Assembly: GCF_009914755.1 (NCBI RefSeq)
Contig: NC_060928.1
Source: the human T2T-CHM13v2.0 reference genome, Homo sapiens
DNA: 64,000 bases
Strand: one strand, 5' to 3'
Shown here: in pieces, positions 26,758 through 40,941 of the stretch
How positions within the stretch are numbered: position 1 is the first letter of the stretch
How the letters are laid out: the number at the start of each line of letters is the position of its first letter
Notes under the pieces: generated by a model
The model's database searches: none
Told to the model about the DNA's origin: nothing
Seen by the model: the letters and a program-made list of their open reading frames with translations, nothing else
Position numbers and translations under genes: made by a program

Positions 26758-29176
26758 CTTCCTTTCCTGCTTTGTAACATTAAAAAGCTAAATAGGAGTA
26801 AGAATCACCTCTCTTCTTCTTAGATTTCTCCATGTTAGCCCCACACCCCCTTGTCACGCATTTGTTTTAACTCGACAACCCTTTCTAGGCACCAGCTTCA
26901 GAGAGGGACAGGACACTGTCTTCATGGAGCCCGTCTTCTTCTCTCTTTTCATGATCTCTTGTTCCATTGCCCCGTCTTGCAGAAAGGTAAGGGCTTGTTT
27001 AATTTCAGCCTTGGTTTGGATTCAAGATCACTGTTGTCACATTTGGGAGTGTTTTTTTAAAAAAAAAACAAAACACATAGACAAGTAATGCAAACAAAGT
27101 AAGAGCAAGACTTGTGCAGCAGCTCTTTTGAGGACAATCAGGAGGTGTCTGGGGGGCCCTTCCCACTAGAGGGCACTGGACCCTGTCCCTGCATCTTCAG
27201 TCGTCTCTACTGCCACATGCCCTGTCCACACCAGGATGACCCCTCCCCACCCCAGCCCTATGACTCTGGAAAGCTCTTCAGCACACATAACAGGATCCAG
27301 ACAGAACTTGGACCTTCTCTGCTGGAGCAAATTGGAATTCCTGAAATTGATTGAACCCTCCATACAGAGGGAGCTCAGTCCGCATCTCCTCGGTTTAAGG
27401 CCCTGCCTCAAATAGGGGTTCTGATCCCTCAGGAAAGCAAGGGCTCGAGACACAGACACACCTGAGCCTGAGGGACTCTAAGGGGAGGTGTGGAGGTGCC
27501 AGGAACTATGAACAATGAGCAAAGCATGTCAGTTGTACCAGGGCATGCCCACCATCACACTACATGCTTTCCAGCATTTCTATTTATTACAAAACTGCTT
27601 TGACCTTGTTTTACAGGTTAGGAAAAACTGAAGTCTAGATTTCTCCAGTTACTTGTAAGAAGCCTTCTTTGGTGTCTGGGCCAAAACCACCAACCCCGTG
27701 GGCAGGACGAGTTGCTGCAGATCAATGAGGTGCCAGCACACCAGTAGCCATCCTGTTTGTGTGTATGACGCTCCTTTCCCCCTTGCCCTCATGAGAACAG
27801 CAGACCTCAGGAAATGACTTCTCAGTCTAGCACTTTCCAGCCAGACCATTAGGAAAACAACTGTGGTTGAACAAATGCTCAGTGCATTGGGAGACCACAC
27901 ACTGGGGGACTGTGGGGCATCTCAGTAAGCAGCTGTCAGAAGAACTTTGAGGATGGAGGCCTTGCTTAGGTCATTCGTGGGAGTGTTCCACGAATAGGGG
28001 TGTGCTTTGGATTGGGTGTTGTCAGGAAGTGGGGGAGATTATCTGATTGAGATGGTAGTAAATCTCATGTAGCACAGATGAGAGCAAAGCTAAAATGGGA
28101 ACTGGTGAAGGGCAGCAGGCACTCGGATGAAGAGTTTGTGATTTCGTGGTTTACATAGTGACCTTGTGTTTGTCTATGCTGGGATAATTATTAAGTGGTC
28201 TTGTTTTTTGTCTAACTTCATCACAGTCACGGCATGACCTTGTCTGAGGGTGGTGTTCTGTGCGATTTACGTGGAACAAGAAACACCACAGCCCAGTGAT
28301 GAACGCCAGGATGCCTCCTGACAACATCAGAGGGCGGCTGTCTCAGGCTAGCCCCTGGCTGTCAGGGGATGCTTGTTTTTCTCATGTCTTCAGCGTCATC
28401 TTTCATGCCTAGGAAATGTTAGGAAATGTTGTGGGGAATAAATAGAACAGTAGAGCCTAGTATCCCAGAACTACTTATGATTTAAGTAGCTAAGATTATA
28501 TACTTTCCATTGTTTTGCCAATTGGTCTGTCTCCCTTGGGGACTTGTGTGGAAAATGGCCCCTTCACCAACTACCACTCATCAGCACCCTACCCCAATAC
28601 TATGTCCAACATCTGACTTAGGCAAACCAGGAAGCAAAGGCCAGGACTGAACTAGGATCTCATGCCTCCTGATCCTTTGCTTTCCCATATGCTAGGGGGA
28701 TTGCATCGGCTGGTGATCAACCCACACTGGAACCTGAACTCCACTGAATTGAATCTAAAATTCCATGGGAGAGCGAGGTCAGGGAAACAGCAGAAAGAGC
28801 AGAGAATGTGTAGGTTTCCTGTCAGCGACAGACAAAGTGGGGTCTACCTAAGTCCCAGCTAACCTTGCAAAGCACACACACACAGGTGTTGGGCAGGCGT
28901 TGCGGCAAGACCCAAGGCTAGAAGCTAAGCAGTATTAGGAGTCTTAACTTTATTCCCCTCCTCTTACCCCCGAAACTCACAGCCCCTTATTCTTCTACAT
29001 TATGTACACATTTCCATCTGAGGGGAGGTTGTATGGTGAATTCATTCTTCATAAACCTTCACAGACTCCTCAGATGACATAATCAGTTAAAAGTCAAAGT
29101 CAATCAATAGCCATACAGGAAGAGGGTTTTCTCTCCCTTCTACAGCCTTCACCCTTCTGCTGAAGTGTCATACATC

Positions 29177-29744
29177 TGTGAAAGGAAAAGAACATCTTGG
29201 GACCCCAAACTCACTATACCAAAGGGAAAAGTTAAGCTTGGAAGCTGGGTCACAGAACACTGTCTTTCCTTTTGTTCCTAAACAGATAGCTACAAGAGGC
29301 CATGTCTCCCCAGGTGGCCTCCCCAAGTATGGGACAAGAGGAGAGTACAAACCATCCCCACTGCCCAGCCTGAGATAAATGCATATTTGACTTCTTCCCC
29401 TATTCTGTTTATCTTTTGTAAAGTGCAGTTTTACTGAGCAGGGGACATACATAATCGACTGTTCCTCTACCCATTCCTTGCCACGTGCAACACATGGATT
29501 CAGTGAGTGTGAATCAAAGCCTCCTAAGAATGTGACCATGCTCTCCCTCTTTTTTTTGTTCTTTCCTCCTTTCTCCTCCTGCCTACTTTTCCCCTTTAAA
29601 TACTGAAGCCCTCAAAATCCTCTTTGGAGAAAGTAGGGGCCATAGATCATACTGTAGCTTGTGTCTCTTTTCCCTAGTGTGTCTTCAACCTTGGCAAAAT
29701 AACCTGTACATTGATTGAGACTTGGCTCAGTCTTTTGGTTTACA
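29177..29744 (+). mobile_element. MER4 (B/D-like) ERV1 solo LTR
   Basis: tgtgaaaggaaaagaacatcttgggaccccaaactcact…ttttggtttaca, typical MER4 termini. Confidence 0.85.
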
Positions 29745-29872
29745 TGTCAAAGCTGCCACATATGACATACCTAGCCTAGCAATTTATACTTAATATTTGT
29801 TCTCTGGGCTTTGGGGTAGCAGAGATAGAACAATATACTGAAGCCATTTCTCTTCAAAGAGTTTTCAAACAA

Positions 29873-29878
29873 TTTATT
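29873..29878 (-). terminator. Distal polyadenylation signal AATAAA
   Basis: tttatt on +. On the minus strand it is followed ~35 nt later by U/GU-rich TATATTGTTCTATCT. Confidence 0.65.
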
Positions 29879-31276
29879 TCACAGGAGAGGTGGAGAAGGC
29901 CAATCTTCTTCACACAAGTTTTATAACCCATTAAAACAGTATCTTTCTAATCCCCTCAGAGTGGAAAACAGGTAATTCTCAACCTGGAGACAAGCTCTGA
30001 AGTACAGAGCTATCACCTGCTGCAGGAGGTGTGAAGGCTCATTCTTAAAGTTTTCTCACGTTTATTTTCCATTTTCTTAGCACAGAATGTTCTTTCCAGC
30101 AAGGTCCATTAAGAGAGACCGAAATATGAATATGGCTGCATTGGATTCCAGAGGAGGACTTGATCAAATACACAGAAATAGTGGCTTCAATGATCAAGTT
30201 ATTTTGCTTCTGGTCAAGTCGGATACAAGTCTGAGTTTTCTTTTCAAAGCTCCCTTATGCTGAGAGGAAGTAAGAACAGAATCAGACTGCAGTCTACAAC
30301 ACAAGTGCCTGAACTCCTTTTCCAAGAAGAGCTTCTGTAGAATTCCACACTGCCTTAAGCACAACCTCACTCTTTCTCTCACTCTTGGGAAAGAAAAAAG
30401 TGAAAGATGCATCCGTGTAATTGACAACCTGAGTACGATCCCAAGGTTGTTAATATATAGTTTATTATAATCATGTGGGAAGTAAGCACACAATTAGAAG
30501 TCTTTTCTATACAATCTAATGTCATTTCTGACTCTGGTATCTCATAACCAAAATGAAGCTATTTTTCCTTTGTAAGCTCCTGATGTCTTTTGTTCAAATC
30601 CCTTTAAAACATAAAGGAACCTTAAAAAGCAAACAAAGGCTGATGCACCAATAAATCGCTTATGCCCTATCTTATTTTGGTAAGTCTAGATAGGCTCTAA
30701 TTATTTGGTCATAATGTAAACAGATTGTTTAGAAATAACAGATATTTGATTCATAAAGCTCACTGTTGAGGCTTTCATGATACTGGCTCTTTTAACATGA
30801 GAAGAGGCAAAACGTGAAGTTCATTGTTGCAACATAATCGATTTATACTTTGTTTTTCAAAATGTGTTGTCCCTGAGCTAGAAGGCAGGCTGGGAAGAGT
30901 GTGGGGCTCCCAGGAAAAAAGATGGTGTGGCTTCATCCAACAGTGCCATCTGCATGTTGAGGCTGGGGCTGAATACCAAACTGTGCTGAATTGCAAGGAG
31001 TTTCCCCCACACGTGTTATTTCCACAACTTAAATTTTAAATTTCTTTCTCACCCAGACTTGTCTTCTGAGACAAAAAACGAGTCCATAAGAGGGACCCAA
31101 TCTGTGTCACCTTTTTATCCCCCAGCTCCTATCACAATGCCTAGAATGCAATAGGTGCCAAATAAATGCCTAATTAAAAATCTCTCCACTTGGGGTATCT
31201 TCAGAAAAAGTCTACATGGGCTATCTTTAGTACTAACCCCACAACCAAAATTTTCCTTCAGTAAAAGAAAAATGAC

Positions 31277-31964
<688 letters not shown>

Positions 31965-33067
31965 ACGACTTAGTAAGTATTTTTATCTTCATGTAAATAT
32001 AAGGGAATGGAAATGGAAGGCTTCATTTTTTTAGTAAAGGTATTTTAAGTATCAATAAAAAGAGAGGAAAGGAAATTTGAAGAAATGGGAAAATACATTC
32101 TCTAGAATTTGTGTCACCTTGGTAGTGACAGGCCTGTCCTATAAATCCCAGGACAAAGTGAGGCCTAGGAAAGAAAAACACAGTCCCAAGAAGGTCTTCT
32201 CTGCCTTTGGCCTTCGTGGCAGACAGAAGTGACCTTCCCAACAGTCTCTGTTCCAGCTCAGTCAGGTTCAACTGCACTGCCCCGAGAAGATGGACAGCAG
32301 CTGGGAGACTCAACACTTACTGGCACATTCCCTGCTCTTGGTCTATGAGGTTTTATTCCCATAATTGGGCCCAAGCATGTATTCCGATGACAATCTTCTG
32401 TCCACCCACAGGTGCCCTGGGTGATTGACAGGGAAAAGCAGCCCTACCCATAGTTACTGTAGGCTTCACTGAGGCCACATGGCATGGACCTGTGCCTGCC
32501 CTCCTTCTGGGGCAGGGAGTGGTGTGAACCCACGTGAGTATTTCTGAAGCTGGGGGGTCCCCCATGGCTCAGAAACAGGCCCAGAAGTCAGGGCACCAGG
32601 GACCAATCACAGTCCTACTCCTTCCTAGAAACCAGATACTGGAAGCTGCCTTCTTATTTGGGGAATGGATCTTTCATTTCATAACTGGTTAAAAGGATTT
32701 TATATGCAAAGTCCCCAAAAATAAATTCACTGTGATGCCTAGTTAACTATCCCTAAATTCTTTTCACTGATATTCTCAATTTGCTATTCTCCAGATACCA
32801 TTTCCTGAATTAAATTCTGTTGATCTTTTTCACTCAAAAAAAGTGATGAGTTATCTCCAGAACATTGATTTTTATCAACCTTGAGAGTAATACTGCCTTT
32901 ATATATTATAATGATCAGAATGTTCTGTACATTTCCACTGCTTCAAAATTGTTTGTAATAATTACTTGGACATAAGACCTGCCACTGACTCACACTTTAT
33001 AAAAAGGATTTTAAGTCCATGTGTGTAGCATTACCCGGATATAATTCTCTAGAAAGAGAATTCCCAT

Positions 33068-33085
33068 TTTATTCATTTATTTATT
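33068..33085 (-). terminator. Proximal polyadenylation signal cluster (three AATAAA)
   Basis: tttatt at 33068-33073, 33076-33081 and 33080-33085, at the end of the repeat-free UTR segment. Confidence 0.55.
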
Positions 33086-36000
33086 TTTTGCAAACAATTT
33101 TAGAGGCAGGGTGTTAAACTGATTAAAATTTCACAAGATTGACATTATTGCTTAAAGTGCTTGAATTGGTTACATTTTAAAAAATTAAGGTACAGATTAT
33201 TTTAAATAAAAACTACAATATTTTTAGCAACAAAATAATAGGAATGCCACACAAATACAGTAACTATTTTGGTTATACAGAAATGGAAGCCAAAAATAAA
33301 TTAATGTAATACTGGAAAACAGAAATTTAATTAGGCAGAAAAGTAGGAAATAATTTTCCCTGACCCATGCCACTTACATGAGTTCATTACAATAGTGCTG
33401 ATAAATGCCTTGACCATATAATAGCAAACAAGGGCAAAACATTTAGTGCACAATATTTTAATACACGTGAATATACAAAGTTGATCAAAATGCAATGTTG
33501 AAAGATAAAATCCATCTGTAATAAAGCTACACTCCAATATCTAAAATAAGCCCTAAGCTCCAGTTAGAACATAGATCATTATTAGGCATGCCCATGAAAT
33601 TAAGGGTATCCATGAAAATAAATGCATAGGGATCATTTCTGACATTTTTCCCTATTTTATCTTAAACCCAAAATACACCAGGCCATAAAACCAAATATGA
33701 TTGACTTCCTATTCAAACTAATGCCCTGCTTGTGTTGTGCCTCACTCTCTTTAGACCAGTCCATTTCCTATGACCACAGAAGTGAAAATGCATCAACACA
33801 ATAGGACCAGATGCCAGCATTTTACCAACATTTACTTTTAAACACATGATTTTTTAGCATGCTGTGCCATAACCTAGAGGCTAAACTAGTAAGTAACCAA
33901 TAAAGCAAATGTTCCTTCTGTTTTTTTTTTAAAGTGTAAAACATTGTAACTTATTTTGTAACACCCAGCAGTTACAAGAAATACAGCAGGCCTACTCACT
34001 CCTGCAGATGACACACGGAATCCTTGGCCATTGGAGGGAATACTGCAGAGCCTTTGGGCTATCGCTGACCTCAGAATGGTCTCACATCTCCCACACCATT
34101 TCCTGCTTTACACTGTGAATGAGGGATGTAAACTAAAAGTGTTTGCATGTTACTGTCTTTACATAAAGAGACATGATTGGGAGAAACCTGCAGCTGCCCA
34201 GTGTTTGTTTCATTTATTGAGAAGGAAGAGGGAAAAAATTAGCAGATAGCTCTAAATTTTAAAAAGCTGATGGAGTGTTGCTGGAGAAGTGTGTTTTGGT
34301 CTTTTTCCAATCTTCTTTTCCTGCACCATACAACTGTTTTAATGTGTTTGCAATATTTTCTTATACTTACCCTTTTTCGTTCCAAAAATCTATCCATGAA
34401 TGCTGAATTTTAACTGACTCTTTCTATTAAAAGGAATTACTTCGATTAAATAACTGGGAAAAACATTTTGCACAACCAAATAGAAAAGAAATATCCTGAA
34501 CTTATGACTTAGCATTTAAACATTACTTCTACAGCCTTCCAACTGAAATATTTTTTCTAATAAATTAGCTTCAAGAGGTGTTTCAAAGATAATTTTAATA
34601 ACTTTTCTTATGAATCAGTTCCAAATATATTAGAGACCAACCATCATGTTCTTAAAACTTTGTAACTTGCAGTCAAATATATGGATTCTATATAGTACAA
34701 ACATTTCCCTACATCAATCACCTTCAGTTGGAAAGTGCCTCTCCTTAAAAAGAGATCAAAACTCACCTTCCAGGTAGTGATTACTGCGTAAGTTTCATGG
34801 AGGAAAAAAAAATATTTATAAATGTGAAATTGCCTCTAAACAAGGCAAGGTACATTTCCATCACTTGTATAAAACAATAACATGAAGATCACCCTGTTTT
34901 GTCTTCTCCAGTGAAAAGTAAAACATTTCACTTCAAGCATAAACAAACGAAATGTTGGCATGCTTACTTAAGTTCTGAGCAATAAACAGTTCAAGATATT
35001 TCAAAGATAAGAAATCCAGTTTTCATCTAGATAAAGTGCTATCCTCTTCATTGTTGCAAAATGGCCACTAACATTTTCCATTTCAATTTTAGTTCACATT
35101 ATGCCCAAAGTTTGCATGTTCATCAGTGGATGCATTAGGTAACAAAAATATGTTCACAGTTTATTATAGTGTATGGAAGTTAAGTGGCTTCTAAAGGAAG
35201 CCAAGATCTATGACTCAAAAACCAGCTCAACAGCAAAACACCAAATGACCCTTTTAAAGGTACCAATATTCAAATGCTCTAATAAATACATATATAACAA
35301 AAGTGAAAAAAGTAACTATAGTGAGATGAGGTTCTTCCAAAAAAATTCTGTCTTGTCAAGCATTCTAGGAGTCTGAGCCAAAGAAACAGCGCCATTTTGT
35401 TCATTCCTCCCCCTGCCCACGGACACTTCCTTTGAGCCACCTCTATACCCAGCTAACTCTGGTATTCCCTCTAGGGAAGGTTCTGTATCAGCCCTGGGAC
35501 TCGCCAGTGCCTCAGTAAACAGACGGACTATGTTAAAAAGTTAAGTTGTACAACGTGCTGATGGCTGGAAAGATGTAGTACCTTTGTTATTCCTGATAAG
35601 GAACAATGCCGTGCTGACTGGCTAAGGGGAGGTTTGCCAGCCCTGCAGCCATTGACTGCCACATCAGCAGGATTGGAAAGATACCTTGAAAAGCTTAGCA
35701 GTGCCGGATACAGGATAAATACAACTCACAGGGCCTTACATAAGTGTCACTGAAAATAAACAACATAGAGTTATTTTCCTGAAACTTGGTTTTGGTAGAA
35801 AGGTACGAAAATAACTTTTCATTGTCCACAAAAACTTCCTCCTCTTGACTTTGTCTGCCCTGAGCCTTCTTAGCCCCTGGAATTGTAATGGCTAGGTCAG
35901 CACAGCCCAGTGCCAATGCCAGCCAACACCAGCCGCCACGGACAGCTTCTCTTCACCCTGTTTCATGTCAAGGATGATTTTAATATCGAGGTTACTCACT

Positions 36001-36526
36001 TTTCAACATTTTCACTTGCACAAACTTAAAGCTATACTTGCACCCCTAAAAGGTGAATATCTACCCAATTCTTCTGTCCTTGTATCAGAAGAGAGGCAGA
36101 GAAGCTGAAAATGGGTAGCAATGCTTCCAGGGACAAGTTAAAGGAATGCATTGTAAGAAGACCCTGGAAGCCATAGAAGTTTAGCAAACACCTAAAACAG
36201 ACCGTAGACATTCATAGGAAATGTCATTCTAATACAGCCAGACATAATGAATGGCATAGCTTTCACCCAGTCCTAAAATTAGCAACCGTTATTCATATAA
36301 ATCAGACTACAATCTGATTGCAGTTAACTCTATGTCAGACTGAAATAAAACCAAGAGTAGTGCTGCATGTAAAAACACAAAAGGAGAGAGTCTAACACAG
36401 CCAGACCATTGAGACTCGGAGTGATACCATTAGTGGGCCACTGGGGAAGAGGAAAGCCTGCGGAGAAGCCGGGTGACAGTGCTGTGAACATTCTCCCCAC
36501 GTGAATCAGTCCCGCAGGTCTTTCAG

Positions 36527-36628
36527 TTACTCTCTTGACTGATAGAATAAAATATATCCAGATTCTGAATTTTTTGATATATCTGACGTCAGGCCATAGA
36601 ATTCTTCAATAGCTTGAGCATCTATTTT
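36527..36628 (-). CDS. USP46: USP46 last coding exon (102 nt to stop): [33 protein letters not shown]
   Basis: Acceptor tttattgcag|AAA; TAA stop at 36527-36529; USP C-terminal YILFY motif. Confidence 0.97.
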   Translation of the reverse strand, partial: KIDAQAIEEFYGLTSDISKNSESGYILFYQSRE

Positions 36629-37514
36629 CTGCAATAAAGGAGAAAGAAAACAACACAATTACTTAACATGATTCCTGGGGAAAGGAAATAAAAACTAATG
36701 GAATATATATTAAAATGCAAGGAACACAATTTGTTATGAAATCATCATTAGGAACTTTCAATAGCAAATGGAGAATTCCACAGACTTGGCTAAAGGACAT
36801 CATCACATAAATTGTACATCTCTGGGAAAGAAGGCAATGCCTTCATGCATTAGCAACCCTGTGTGGGCACTCTTTGAAGAACAAGCCAAGACATCTCCCA
36901 GATGGTAAACTGATGGGTCCTGGAAATAGCCCTAAGTCTTTTCGGCCACCAGAGTTCATCTCTTTTGGTGTTATTCCACTAAAACTGCTACCTTAGTGGG
37001 TTAAAATAGATCATGTCTTTGAGTGTAGAATTCATTCCAGCTAGTATTCTTTTATAACAAAATCAATACATAGAATGTATTGGTATAATATAAAGATTTC
37101 CAGATCCAACAGACTGAATAAAATATTTTAAACAATAATCAATACAAGAAAAATTTGTTATAATAATTTTAATACAACTTTGAAGTCTATTGTTTGCCCT
37201 GTATCAGAGGGGGCTTTAGTCATGATAAGAAACAAGACTTAGACTGAAGTCTGATTTACGGTGGCACAGATAGAGAGATCCCATGTCTATGGATGAACCG
37301 TGGAGAACACAGCGTCAGTGAGTCCATGATCACACCCCTTCTCCCTTTCCATGGAGCATGGGGATTAGCAGAATTTGGTTTTGAATACAAATTTAAGTTG
37401 TTTTCAAATTACATTATGGGGAAACAGGCCTATTTTAGAAAATGTCTATACATACACATTCTCCGAAATACTACTGATGCTCTATGACTACTGGAGAATA
37501 ATCTGCAAACCAAC

Positions 37515-37593
37515 CTCTACAATGTCATCATCAAACAAAAGCCAGAAGCCGTGACTTTTCACAATAGTGATATAATGCCCACGATTAGGACCA
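37515..37593 (-). CDS. USP46: USP46 coding exon 8 (79 nt): (S)[26 protein letters not shown], His box with catalytic His313 and Asp329
   Basis: Acceptor ttttccag|T, donor GAG|gttggt; USP His-box motif GHY…W..FDD. Confidence 0.97.
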
Positions 37594-37719
37594 CTGGAAA
37601 AGAACAAATAAAAGGCAGTTAGCAAGTTAACATTTATCTCTTTATAAAACTCTACTTAGCTCTTTATAAGCAGTGATTCTCTGGGAAAAAAAACTATGTC
37701 ATCAGCGTAAAGAACTTGG

Positions 37720-39150
37720 CATATAGCTCATGTCTATGTTTACAACACCATGCTGGACACAGGGGAATACAAAAGTGTGCAGAAGAGATGTCTCCTAAGG
37801 ACTCATAATCCAGCAGCAAAAACAGACACTCAAATTCAGCAAATATTAACAAAAAATTACTCTCTACGTATTCTGTGCCAGGCCCTATTCTAGCTGTCAG
37901 GGGAAGAAGCAGTGAACAAAACAAAGACCCCACTTACTTAGGACTTGGGGTAGGGGCTAGATTGGCAATACACAAACTAAACTTATAAATGTATGTCAAG
38001 TGGTGAGAAGTGTCATGGAGAAGGATGAAGCAGGGTAATGGGATATGAGTGATGGGAGGAGGTAATATTTGATGGAAAGTGAAGGGAGGCCACTTTGATA
38101 ATGTGAGTAGAAGGAAATTTCCCTGAAGGAAATGGCAGGGGGAGGGGTAGGGGTGGGGGTCAGGGCGTGGAGAGAAGCCATGTGACTCTGGGATGGAAGT
38201 TTCAGAAATAGGGAATAGCAAGTGCAAAGGCCTGGGGTGGGCGAGTAGCACTTGGTGTGTTCAGGAAGAGCAGAGAGGCCAAAGGAGGCCAGAGCAGCAG
38301 AGTGAGCGAGGCGGGGAAGACCAGAGGGGGCTGAGGGGCAGGCGCAGTAGAAGGAATTGCAGGTAAGATTTTAGGCTTTGCTTGAGCAAGCCAGGAAGAA
38401 ATGGGGAATTTTAAGGAGTTGTATGATCTATGCTTTAGAAAGACATTAATAAACCAATATGCATAGTAACAAGTGTTAAAAAGCCGTATACTATGCTATA
38501 TGGAAAAAAGCAGAAAGGACAACTAAGCACCTGTTACTATGTAGTTAGGTTAGATTTGCACAAGTGAGGAGATTTCAATCCTAAACCTAAAACTGTTTTT
38601 TAATGCACTGTTAAAGTTGAAAAAGCCAAACTTCCCCCTCTGTTTACCCTCTTTCAACACAAGATGATGGCAATGATCTGTTCCTGCCCTTTCTCCAGCC
38701 TCCTCCAGCTACTGTCTCCCTTTCCCTCTGAGCTCCAGCCCATCTGGCTCCTCTCACACACTGCCCCCTTCATATTATGGGCCTTTGCATTGCTGTAAAC
38801 TCTGCCAGAGATAATCCTCCCCCAACTGCATTCTATTTAGCCCTGTGCTCAAATGTCACCTCCCCAGATGAATCTCTGCTGACCAACTCACCTGAAGATG
38901 TATCTCCCATCACTCACTCCCTCATCTCCCTGCTTATTCCTGATAGCACTGATCAAAATCATAAATTATCTGCAGTGGTTTGTTTTTGGGGGTAGCAGGG
39001 TGGTGTGTTTATTTGTTCATTATCAGTCTTTCCAGATAGATTATAAGCTTTGTGAGGGCAGGGTCCCTGTGCTGTGTGTCTTTTCGTTACTCTATTTTCA
39101 GATCCTGGCATGGAATCCAGAATATATGAGCTTAAAAAAAAACTTGCAGC
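37720..39150. mobile_element. L2 fragments (both orientations) in USP46 intron 7
   Basis: tattctgtgccaggccctattctagc…agcaagtgcaaaggcctgggg; ctttgcattgctg…tgctcaaatgtcacctcc…agattataagctttgtgagggcaggg. Approximate. Confidence 0.65.
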
Positions 39151-40743
39151 AGAAATCAGTGCATGAGGCTATGCACCTGCTGCAACTGTGGGCCAGGAGG
39201 TCCTGGCATGGAAGGGAAGGCAGGCCCAGCTCCCTAACCTCAAAGCTTTCCAGTGCTACCTGGAAGCCACCCAATCCGCAAGCATAGGCCAGCCCTGCTC
39301 CACATAGGAGAACAATGCTACTTCTGTGGGGAGGAGTTTGAAGAATCCTAGTTAGTGGCATGCATGACTTGGCACCAACTGAGCTCTGCTACCAGGGCTC
39401 TTCTGACCTTGTGCTCACATTACAGAAACTGACCTTAGAGAACCCAACCTCCCGCTGAACGTCCAGTTCCCTTACCTGTGTCTCTGCCAGTCCTCCCAAG
39501 GATTTGAATTGGGCACCCACAGAGACCCACACTGAAAGTCCTGTGTACCCTGTGCAAGGGGCCCTCCTGTCCACACCACCCCTGCCACCCACTTTAGCCA
39601 CAATGCCCACCAGGTCCCAGGCTCTGCCTGCCCTAAGATCTTCCCCAACCCTGCACCAATGTGAGGCCTCATCCAGTGCTCAAGGCTGGGTTCCAGATCA
39701 CTGGAACCCTGTGTTCTTCAAAAGAATAACAGGTGTTCTTTAGGGAGAACACCACAAAACTGGCATATAACTAGCCAATAAATATCATTTTACTGAGAAT
39801 ACAAGAAAATATCCAGTGACTTAAAGTTAATACACACAGGATAAAATATGGGGTGCTTCAGATGTGAAGTTATACAGTTTCTGATGCCATCTACCCTAGT
39901 ACACAATTAAAAATATATCAACCTATTCCTCTGCGTGGCAATGGTAGTCTCCTGGTAATGGTGTATTCACCATAATCCGACCTTAACAGATGGAGGAGAA
40001 AGACTCTTGCTCTATGACATGCCCCAATCTAAAACCTATGAGGGCAGGGGGAAAGCTGTGCCTACTCCCAAGACAGAACATAAACCTGTCCCAACTGAGC
40101 AAAGAATAACAAACAGGTGAATTTTCAAGATACTTTTCTTCCCTTATACCAAATTATGGAATAAAAAATAGCTGCTCAAAGGAATTTTGGCAAAATGCTT
40201 TGCCTCTCCATATCTAGAGGCCTTCTCTCTCTTATCTTTTTTCTGATTATATACTTATTACAGAATGTTGGGGAAAGACCAAAAATAACAAAGAATATTT
40301 TTTAAGAATATATTTTTAATCACTCAAAGTGCCAAAAAATTATTAAATTTGATCCATTGCTTCTAGTCTTTATTTACACATCTTAAAATACTTTTGAGAT
40401 CATACTGTAAATGCAACTTGGCTTTTTAAAAATTAAAATCATAGCATAGACATTTATTTCTCCATGTTATTTCAAATTCTTCATAACCATCGTTTTCATG
40501 CAATGGAGATTTATTAAGTAATTTCTCTCATGATAGAACATTTAGATTATCATTACTGGAATGCTCTTTATTTTATGTGCCTGCAGGCATGTTTATATAT
40601 TTTTTGTGATGATCAGTAAGAGTTTGGCAGAGATCCCAAAACTATTGAGTGCCACGGCCCAGGAAAGGTGCAGCTGGGTATACTTCAGCGAAGAGGCAAC
40701 CCTTACACTTACCCTGTATACCTGCTTCCAGTCTTGCCCTTAC

Positions 40744-40941
40744 CTGCCACAGTGAACGACCACCGCAACCAAGTCATACATGCGGTCCAGGTTCACTGCA
40801 TCACTGGAGGTGTTGAAGAGCCGGAGTTCCAGAGGGAAGACCACACGGTAAGACAGCTTGGTGTATCTGTGCAGCTGCTCCATGTACTTGAACCGCTTTA
40901 GGTGCAGGGCCAAGATCATGGGCAGCTTTTTTACCCTCATC
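40744..40941 (-). CDS. USP46: USP46 coding exon 7 (198 nt): (R)[19 protein letters not shown]…[10 protein letters not shown](S)
   Basis: Matches ORF 40740..40940(-). Acceptor tttcttag|G, donor CAG|gtaagg. Confidence 0.97.

Noticed and set aside
27973-27995. Hairpin attcgtgg-gagtgtt-ccacgaat
   Set aside because: An 8-bp stem is plausible by chance in 64 kb. It lies in a probable old LTR-like repeat (~27750-28380) that I could not classify.
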